IMG/VR virus record: IMGVR_UViG_3300007747_000094
DNA: 4,348 nucleotides
Strand: one strand, 5' to 3'
DNA from: a virus
Lineage: Duplodnaviria > Heunggongvirae > Uroviricota > Caudoviricetes
Part shown: piece after piece, positions 1-4,348 of the stretch
Layout of the letters: each line of letters begins with the position of its first letter
Position numbering within the stretch: the first letter of the stretch is position 1
Program-made: the position numbers and the translations under genes
The notes under the pieces: model-generated
The model's database searches: none
Told to the model about the DNA's origin: nothing
Seen by the model: only the letters and a program-made list of their open reading frames with translations

Positions 1-439
1 TTGTGTCCCCCTGTTTTGAGGGATAGCAATCCCCCAATTTGAGGGATGTTTTATCCCTCGTTTTAGGGGATTTTCCCTCGTTTTGAGGGATACACCATTC
101 TGAGATGTTTTTATTTGGTCCAAACATGCCGCCTTGCTGCTTGATAATATTCATTCTGACGAGTTCTAACTTGGCTTCATTGCACCGTTTGACGGGTAAC
201 TTTGTAATCTCGCTAAGTTGAGAATCGGTGATTCTGTCCATTGGTTTATTCCATCCATAGGTTTTACGCAGAATGGCAAGCAGCACTTTAAACTGTCGCT
301 TGGTCAGATCTGCGCCTGAATAAGCCTCAAGCAGCATATTTGATAGTCTGGCGTAACCATCATCGAGATCTGCCACATTACGCTCCTGTTTGGCAAAGTT
401 ACCTCTGCAGAAGTTGAGTATTTTTGCTGTATTTGTCAT
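1..439 (-). CDS. O: Replication initiator protein O, N-terminal iteron-binding part; start codon at 437-439, CDS runs off the window start
   Basis: Reverse-complement translation from ATG (rc of 437-439) reads MTNTAKILNFCRGNFAKQERNVADLDDGYARLSNMLLEAYSGADLTKRQFKVLLAILRKTYGWNKPMDRITDSQLSEITKLPVKR..., near-identical to my recollection of lambda O. SD AGGAG lies 6-10 nt upstream on the minus strand. The ori iterons sit inside the coding sequence as in lambda. Missing from the ORF track only because no stop occurs before the window edge. Confidence 0.9.
   Translation of the reverse strand, partial: MTNTAKILNFCRGNFAKQERNVADLDDGYARLSNMLLEAYSGADLTKRQFKVLLAILRKTYGWNKPMDRITDSQLSEITKLPVKRCNEAKLELVRMNIIKQQGGMFGPNKNISEWCIPQNEGKSPKTRDKTSLKLGDCYPSKQGDT
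4..91. repeat. Four ~19-20 bp ori iterons (O-protein binding sites of a lambda-type origin); the AT-rich part of ori would lie beyond the window start
   Basis: Four copies of a TCCCTC-N(5-6)-GAGGGA-like inverted-repeat unit at about 4-24, 29-47, 53-71 and 72-91 (e.g. tccctcgttttgagggat), phased about 20-24 bp apart. They match the lambda ori iteron pattern as I recall it. Confidence 0.85.
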
Positions 440-442
440 AAT
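414..442 (+). promoter_or_regulatory. pO-like promoter for the oop antisense RNA
   Basis: -35 TTGAGT (414-419), 17-bp spacer, -10 CATAAT (437-442). Predicted start near G450, the same geometry as lambda pO. The -10 overlaps the O start codon on the opposite strand. Confidence 0.6.
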
Positions 443-449
443 GACTCCT

Positions 450-527
450 GTGGATTGATCCAGTAATGACCTCAGAATTCCATCTGGATTTGTTCAGAAC
501 GCTCGGTTGCCGCCGGGCGTTTTTTAT
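450..527 (+). ncRNA. oop: oop-like antisense RNA (about 77 nt), complementary to the 3' end of cII mRNA, ending in an intrinsic terminator
   Basis: Sequence 450-527 closely matches the lambda oop RNA as I recall it. Terminator hairpin 500-519 (CGCTCGG / loop TTGCCG / CCGGGCG, one G-U pair) followed by TTTTTTATT (520-528). Antisense to cII codons for the C-terminal residues. Confidence 0.7.
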
Positions 528-768
528 TGGTGAGTCCATCAAGCGCATACTTAAAAGCCCTGCTAATCGGACTGATGTCTGATGCCATTCCGAAAGCACA
601 CAAGACCGAAGCAATAAATCTCCAGTCCGTTCTGCTTATCTTCGATTCATGACAGCCAATCATCTTTGCCAGACCGCGCTGGGTAATAGCTGACAGATTG
701 ATAAGTAAATCTGTTTCTGCGCGATCAACGTCACGCTGTGATAGTTTGCTGTAACTTGTTCTTTCCAT
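472..768 (-). CDS. cII: Transcriptional activator CII (98 aa), mosaic: divergent N-terminal two-thirds, lambda-identical C-terminus
   Basis: ORF track 472..768(-). The C-terminal 21 residues LTNKKRPAATERSEQIQMEF match lambda CII as I recall it. The N-terminal part (MERTSYSKLSQRDVDRAETDLLINLSAITQRGLAKMIGCHESKISRTDW...) is only distantly similar. Position between cro and O is as in lambda. Confidence 0.9.
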   Translation of the reverse strand: MERTSYSKLSQRDVDRAETDLLINLSAITQRGLAKMIGCHESKISRTDWRFIASVLCAFGMASDISPISRAFKYALDGLTNKKRPAATERSEQIQMEF

Positions 769-778
769 TTCTTAAGAT
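746..778 (+). promoter_or_regulatory. PRE-like CII-dependent promoter (establishment promoter reading toward cI)
   Basis: TTGC (746-749) - N6 - TTGT (756-759) flanking a -35 position, then 13 nt, then -10-like TAAGAT (773-778). This is the same geometry as lambda PRE (TTGC-N6-TTGC, 13 nt, AAGTAT), and it lies inside cII codons 3-8 on the opposite strand exactly as in lambda. Confidence 0.45.
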
Positions 779-853
779 TTCCAATAGTGAATAGTTAGTT
801 GAAAGGTATGCATGGAAACGCATATGGCCTTAGTTGGTCAGATATCTTGGAAC

Positions 854-899
854 TCGCTTTTCAGCGACGTAGGACGAATGTCCGTTGTTACAAAGAGCG
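854..899 (-). promoter_or_regulatory. nutR-like N-utilisation site (boxA + spacer + boxB hairpin) just downstream of cro
   Basis: Minus-strand reading: GCTCTTTGTAACAACG (boxA-like; consensus CGCTCTTTA), a spacer, then TCGCT-GAAA-AGCGA (5-bp stem with GAAA loop, boxB-like). Near-identical in layout and sequence to the nutL candidate at 3536-3580. Confidence 0.6.
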
Positions 900-909
900 G
901 ATCCGCTTA

Positions 910-1125
910 TTAAGCGGCTTTGTGTTCCGGCGGGAACACGTCATCAAGACTGACTTTTGCGCCTAACTTGTTTAGGCACGCAACAAGAGCACGGCATGTT
1001 TTAAGGTCTGGGAAGCGACGACCAGATTCCCAATGTCCGATAGCTCCCTGTGTGCATCCAACTGCCTTAGCAAGTGTTGTTTGAGAGATATTCAGTGACT
1101 CTCGATATTTTCGTAGGTTGCTCAT
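910..1125 (-). CDS. cro: Cro-like HTH (XRE-family) repressor, 71 aa
   Basis: The internal ATG (rc of 1123-1125) of ORF 910..1296(-) gives MSNLRKYRESLNISQTTLAKAVGCTQGAIGHWESGRRFPDLKTCRALVACLNKLGAKVSLDDVFPPEHKAA. GGAGGG SD sits 3 nt upstream of the ATG. The HTH motif is present. It diverges from cI across a 117-bp operator region and is followed by nutR and cII, which is the canonical Cro position. Confidence 0.8.
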   Translation of the reverse strand: MSNLRKYRESLNISQTTLAKAVGCTQGAIGHWESGRRFPDLKTCRALVACLNKLGAKVSLDDVFPPEHKAA

Positions 1126-1242
1126 ATGCCCTCCATAGTAAACACGAATAAAAAAATACAATATGTACTTTGCGAATACAAGTAAAAATACACATTGTGC
1201 ATGGATGGTTCCAGTACAGAGCGTAATAATAAGGACATGAAA
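1126..1242. promoter_or_regulatory. OR-like divergent operator/promoter region (PR toward cro, PRM toward cI)
   Basis: 117-bp AT-rich intergenic region between divergent cro and cI. Half-site-symmetric elements TACAATATGTA (1157-1167) and TACACATTGTG (1189-1199) lie about 32 bp apart. Possible PR on the minus strand: -35 TTGTAT (rc of 1175-1180), 17-bp spacer, -10 TATTTT (rc of 1152-1157). Exact operators and promoters are not resolved. Confidence 0.6.
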
Positions 1243-1896
1243 ATGAAATGGTATGAACTGGCTAGATCCAGAATGAAAGAGCTCGGCATAACTCAAGAGA
1301 AGTTAGCCGAAGAGCTAGGTATGACGCAGGGTGGGATTGGACACTGGTTGCGCGGATCTCGTCATCCATCTCTTAGTGATATTGGTGTGGTGTTTAAATA
1401 CCTTGGTATTGATAACATATCATTCAACCACGACGGGACATTTTCACCTGTTGGCGAATACTCATCGGCCCCAGTTAAAAAACAATATGAGTACCCTGTT
1501 TTTTCTCATGTTCAGGCTGGGATGTTCTCTCCAGAACTCAGAACCTTTACCAAAGGCGATGCGGAGAGATTGGTAAGCACAACCAAAAAAGCCAGTGACT
1601 CTGCATTCTGGCTTGAGGTTGAAGGTAACTCAATGACCGCACCAACAGGTTCCAAACCCAGCTTTCCTGACGGGATGTTAATTCTGGTTGACCCTGAGCA
1701 AGCTGTTGAGCCCGGCGATTTCTGCATAGCCAGACTTGGTGGTGATGAATTTACCTTCAAGAAACTGATCAGGGATAGCGGTCAGGTGTTTCTACAGCCA
1801 CTAAACCCACAATACCCAATGATCCCATGCAATGAGAGTTGTTCCGTTGTGGGGAAAGTTATCGCCAGCCAATGGCCTGAAGAGACGTTTGGGTGA
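1243..1896 (+). CDS. cI: CI-type prophage repressor: N-terminal HTH DNA-binding domain plus C-terminal LexA/S24 autocleavage domain
   Basis: ORF 1195..1896(+). Start chosen at ATG 1243 (AAGGA 1229-1233 about 9 nt upstream); ATG 1237, ATG 1201 and TTG 1195 are alternatives. HTH: [20 protein letters not shown]. The C-terminal domain has the S24 catalytic motifs (Ser in EGNSMTAP, Lys in FTFKKL) and ends ...[13 protein letters not shown]..., closely resembling the P22 C2 repressor C-terminal domain as I recall it. Confidence 0.9.
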   Translation: MKWYELARSRMKELGITQEKLAEELGMTQGGIGHWLRGSRHPSLSDIGVVFKYLGIDNISFNHDGTFSPVGEYSSAPVKKQYEYPVFSHVQAGMFSPELRTFTKGDAERLVSTTKKASDSAFWLEVEGNSMTAPTGSKPSFPDGMLILVDPEQAVEPGDFCIARLGGDEFTFKKLIRDSGQVFLQPLNPQYPMIPCNESCSVVGKVIASQWPEETFG

Positions 1897-1935
1897 TGAA
1901 ACCACTTTTATCTACAATTTACAGGGCGGTAAACA

Positions 1936-2493
1936 TTGGCAAAAATAGATGATTATCAGCCAAGCCAAGTAGAAGTTGATAAAGTACTTTATTGTAAAAA
2001 AATAGTTAACTTTTCTGGCGTTAAATGGAAACAGAAACCAAGTCGCTCTGATATGTGGCTACAAGCCCATATCATCCCCTTGGATGAGGATTGTATACCT
2101 ATACAAGGGCTAAAGTTTGAACTGAAATGGAAACCAGATCAGGATTCAGAACCTGATGACCCGATTTCTTACCCTAAAATAAATATTATTGCTTTCTATC
2201 ATAACAAGAGGGTTTTCGCGGTAGATACCTATCACTTTGACAAACACACGAATAGTTACAAGGTCGATCATCCGAAGTACCAAGATATCATTTACGGTGC
2301 TCACTACCATGTATACTATGAAGAAGCTGGATACTATAGTGATAGAATAGCGTTTCCAATCGAAGATGACATAAACCCAGATGACCTGGTAGGGTATTGG
2401 AATTACTTCTGTAAACATCTGAACATAACTTACTCTGGGAGAATACCTTTACCGCTTGAAGATGAGTCGGGGCAAATGGGGTTTGGAATATGA
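1936..2493 (+). CDS. Hypothetical protein A (185 aa), first gene of a two-gene cassette downstream of cI; no recognisable domain
   Basis: ORF 1936..2493(+). The only in-frame start before codon 40 is TTG 1936 (GGGCGG 6 nt upstream); ATG 2053 is the alternative. 39-nt gap after the cI stop with no terminator. Acidic, Tyr/His-rich soluble protein (..AFYHNKRVFAVDTYHFDKHTN..GAHYHVYYEEAGYYSD..). AT-rich relative to flanking phage genes (the first 60 nt are about 27% GC by hand count). Confidence 0.6.
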   Translation: MAKIDDYQPSQVEVDKVLYCKKIVNFSGVKWKQKPSRSDMWLQAHIIPLDEDCIPIQGLKFELKWKPDQDSEPDDPISYPKINIIAFYHNKRVFAVDTYHFDKHTNSYKVDHPKYQDIIYGAHYHVYYEEAGYYSDRIAFPIEDDINPDDLVGYWNYFCKHLNITYSGRIPLPLEDESGQMGFGI

Positions 2494-3242
2494 TGTGCTC
2501 AACAGTGATCTCACAACTAGGTTTCGAATGCCATCCAATAGGCAAGACCTTGAGAATTATCAGTCCATTCACTTACTGTGATGATGGAGAGCATGTCGGT
2601 GCCTTTATCCGTGAAGTCAATGGTAGGTATTTAGTTAGTGACAGATGCGATGCCTTAATGAATATGGAGGCAAGAGGGATCTCGCTTACCAAAAAACGAC
2701 TTGATGAGATACGACAATTACTGCTTAAAGAAGGCGCAGAACTCAATGCTCGAGGAGAAATCATTGCTTGGGCAACAGAAAAGGATGTCGGTGCGATTAC
2801 ATCGAACATAATTAGAGCTGGTATACTCGCATCAACTTTGTCGTTAGACTGGTATCAGCCAGTTCAAGCTGAAAAGTTTGAAAGTATGGTTATTGATTAT
2901 CTATATCACACAGAGCTTAGAGACGCACTTTCTCTTCGTGAAAACGTATATGGCTTGAGTGGACATCAAATTACCGTCCCTGTAACAATAAAAACCGACA
3001 TACCTAAATACGTTTTTACATCAAGCGTGAAACACGGAGGAAGCTGGAATAGTGCTTACTCATTGCTTGGGAAACTAATTGATCTTAAAGCTTCAAGTGA
3101 GGAGTATAACAACAGATTTGTTGTTATAGACAGCGAAGCAATTGGTGATCAAATGCAACAACTCTCCTTACTCTTCCATGAATCAAGCCAAGTTCTACCA
3201 TTCTCCAAAAGAGAGACTTGGGTTAAGAGACTTGCAGCATAA
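2490..3242 (+). CDS. Hypothetical protein B (250 aa), second gene of the cassette, translationally coupled to protein A
   Basis: ORF 2490..3242(+). ATG 2490 overlaps the stop of ORF A (ATGA at 2490-2493). No obvious transmembrane segment or catalytic motif that I recognise. Followed 6 nt later by an intrinsic terminator. Confidence 0.7.
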   Translation: MMCSTVISQLGFECHPIGKTLRIISPFTYCDDGEHVGAFIREVNGRYLVSDRCDALMNMEARGISLTKKRLDEIRQLLLKEGAELNARGEIIAWATEKDVGAITSNIIRAGILASTLSLDWYQPVQAEKFESMVIDYLYHTELRDALSLRENVYGLSGHQITVPVTIKTDIPKYVFTSSVKHGGSWNSAYSLLGKLIDLKASSEEYNNRFVVIDSEAIGDQMQQLSLLFHESSQVLPFSKRETWVKRLAA

Positions 3243-3247
3243 TACAA

Positions 3248-3273
3248 CCCGGCCTCAGCGCCGGGTTTTCTTT
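3248..3273 (+). terminator. Rho-independent terminator ending the cI / ORF A / ORF B transcription unit
   Basis: CCCGGC (3248-3253), loop CTCAGC (3254-3259), GCCGGG (3260-3265), then TTTTCTTT (3266-3273). Confidence 0.75.
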
Positions 3274-3446
3274 GCCTCACGTTCGCCCACCTAAAAACAC
3301 ATAACCAATTATATTTATTGAAAAATAAATAGATGCAACCCACTAAACCACGCAATTCTGATCTCTCCTTACATCGCCGAGGCAATACATCCACGCTAAA
3401 AAACAACACTATTAAATACAAAGCGTTATAAAAAACCACGCCAACT

Positions 3447-3489
3447 TACAACAAATTGTATTGATCTTGTAAAGTACATATCGTACTAT
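3447..3489 (+). promoter_or_regulatory. PL/OL-like region: candidate leftward early promoter with overlapping operator-like elements
   Basis: -35 TTGATC (3461-3466), 17-bp spacer, -10 TACTAT (3484-3489), about 47 nt upstream of nutL boxA and about 190 nt upstream of N. Overlapping symmetric elements TACAACAAATTGTA (3447-3460), TGTAAAGTACA (3468-3478) and TACATATCGTA (3475-3485) resemble the OR elements. Confidence 0.45.
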
Positions 3490-3535
3490 TTAACCGTCAG
3501 CAGGACGCTGGAAGCCAAATGGAACAGACTGGCAG

Positions 3536-3580
3536 GCTCTTTAAACAACGTCGACTCTCGACTACGTGGCTGAAAAGCCA
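3536..3580 (+). promoter_or_regulatory. nutL-like N-utilisation site (boxA + spacer + boxB hairpin) in the N leader
   Basis: GCTCTTTAAACAA (3536-3548; boxA-like, close to rrn boxA GCTCTTTAACAA), spacer with CTACG, then TGGCT-GAAA-AGCCA (3567-3580; 5-bp stem, GAAA loop). Aligns with nutR: boxA GCTCTTT-AACAACG, spacer ending CTACGT, boxB stem-GAAA-stem. Confidence 0.65.
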
Positions 3581-3678
3581 GATCACCCAACCACATAAGC
3601 TGTGGGATGCAATGCCGAAGCAACCGTCTCAGGAGGAGCTTCGAGATTGCATCGCCAAAGTTTATTCGGGAGGAATCC

Positions 3679-3951
3679 ATGTCCAGAAAAACAGAATTTA
3701 AAGGCACCGCAGCTTCTCGCCGTAGAGCTCGTCGCGCAAATCTGCAAAGTCAGGAGGCGATCAGCTCCGACAAGCTACACAGGCCAACCCCTTCACGAGT
3801 GGTCTTGCAATGCAAGCTCAAACCAGCAATGAGAGCAGAAGTGATAACTCTGACAACGTTGACCAGAAAATATGAAGGTTCAACTTGTCTTCCGAACGTA
3901 GCTCTTTACGCGGCAGGCTACCGGAAATCAAAACAACTGACGGCGAGATGA
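3679..3951 (+). CDS. N: N-type transcription antiterminator (P22 gene 24-like), 90 aa, with an arginine-rich boxB-binding motif
   Basis: Internal ATG 3679 of ORF 3607..3951(+), with GGGAGGA SD 3668-3674. Protein MSRKTEFKGTAASRRRARRANLQ... carries an N-terminal arginine-rich motif. C-terminus ...LPNVALYAAGYRKSKQLTAR resembles the P22 N (gp24) C-terminus as I recall it. Located downstream of PL and nutL as expected. Confidence 0.85.
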   Translation: MSRKTEFKGTAASRRRARRANLQSQEAISSDKLHRPTPSRVVLQCKLKPAMRAEVITLTTLTRKYEGSTCLPNVALYAAGYRKSKQLTAR

Positions 3952-3967
3952 TAAATTCATTTGCTAA

Positions 3968-4333
3968 TTACTTGTTTTTGCCATGCTTATCCTGATAGCA
4001 CTCATGTCTATAGCTTTCAGGGATAACGAAACGGTCGGTATCAGGATATCCAACAGCAGGAGGCCTTCGAACGAGGAGTCCTTTTTTGAGCAATGAAATT
4101 GATTCATGAGCGCCCTTTTCCGTTTGTAGCTGGTTATTAGCGGCTACAGCGAATGCCAAATACGCTCTTTCTCCAAGAGTTAACGAATCAAACAAATCTT
4201 GCACATATTTTTCTTCTTTAGATTTGCGCTTCTGAGCAGCGAATACCTCAATTCTTTCAGTCACAGCGTGATAAGCGGAATTAACAACGCCGTTAAGCAC
4301 ATAGCTAACGCAAAACAACAGGATGTAATACAT
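3968..4333 (-). CDS. Hypothetical protein with a hydrophobic N-terminal segment, convergent with N; the reading frame stays open to the window end, so the true start may lie beyond 4348
   Basis: ORF 3968..4333(-), 121 aa, starting MYYILLFCVSYVLNGVVNSAYHAV (probable membrane helix). No in-frame stop between 4334 and 4348. Its stop lies 17 nt from the N stop on the opposite strand. Function not recognisable from sequence. Confidence 0.5.
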   Translation of the reverse strand: MYYILLFCVSYVLNGVVNSAYHAVTERIEVFAAQKRKSKEEKYVQDLFDSLTLGERAYLAFAVAANNQLQTEKGAHESISLLKKGLLVRRPPAVGYPDTDRFVIPESYRHECYQDKHGKNK

Positions 4334-4348
4334 CCAGTAATGAGGAAG

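Noticed and set aside
4-91. Possible CRISPR-like repeat array
   Set aside because: The repeats are about 19-bp inverted-repeat iterons with short 2-5 bp spacers inside a coding region, which is the signature of a lambda-type ori, not CRISPR repeats with 30-40 bp spacers.
399-614. 71-aa minus-strand ORF
   Set aside because: An alternative frame overlapping the O start, the pO/oop region and the 3' half of cII. All of that sequence is explained by those well-supported features.
896-915. Palindromes GCGGATCCGC and GCTTATTAAGC at the cro stop as a possible intrinsic terminator (tR1)
   Set aside because: They have no loop (0-1 nt) and no following T-run on either strand. tR1 in lambdoid phages is rho-dependent and has no sequence hallmark I can call here.
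1195-1242. 5' extension of cI from TTG 1195 or ATG 1201
   Set aside because: It would place 16 extra residues ahead of the HTH and run the coding sequence over the operator elements. ATG 1243 has a well-spaced AAGGA and gives the canonical distance from Met1 to the HTH. ATG 1237 remains a close alternative.
910-1296. Full 128-aa minus-strand ORF as a long version of cro
   Set aside because: The N-terminal 57 codons run across the whole OR operator/promoter region and into the cI start, and have odd hydrophobic, low-complexity content. The internal ATG at 1125 has a proper SD and gives a typical 71-aa Cro.
1331-1760. ORFs 1331..1576(+) and 1512..1760(-) inside cI
   Set aside because: Out-of-frame or antisense ORFs wholly embedded in the confidently called cI gene, with no RBS and implausible protein sequences.
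2146-2809. Minus-strand ORFs 2146..2418, 2288..2572 and 2573..2809
   Set aside because: They are antisense to ORF A and ORF B. The AT-rich cassette throws up chance open frames on the opposite strand, and the plus-strand ORFs are longer and translationally coupled.
3149-3439. 96-aa minus-strand ORF
   Set aside because: It spans the 3' end of ORF B, the intrinsic terminator and the AT-rich PL upstream region; low-complexity translation, no RBS.
3486-3832. ORFs 3486..3707(-), 3519..3701(+) and 3602..3832(+) in the N leader and N region
   Set aside because: They overlap the PL leader and nut site or lie in alternative frames of N. Only the frame starting at ATG 3679 gives an arginine-rich N protein with the P22-like C-terminus.

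Overview
This window is the immunity and early-regulation region of a lambdoid temperate phage or prophage (a lambda/P22-type mosaic), lying in reverse orientation to the conventional lambda map. In window order: four ori iterons inside the 5' part of a lambda-like O gene (-), a pO promoter and oop-like antisense RNA (+), cII (-), a PRE-like CII site (+), nutR (-), a cro-like HTH gene (-), the OR region, a cI-type repressor with an S24 autocleavage domain (+), a translationally coupled AT-rich two-gene cassette of unknown function (+), an intrinsic terminator, a PL/OL-like region, nutL, a P22-type N antiterminator (+), and a convergent membrane-protein ORF (-). The main finding is the two-gene cassette at 1936-3242: it sits exactly where lambda carries rexA-rexB and is a candidate prophage-expressed defence or exclusion system with no family I can recognise. 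All homology statements come from my memory of reference sequences and reading of the six-frame track; no database search or computation was run.
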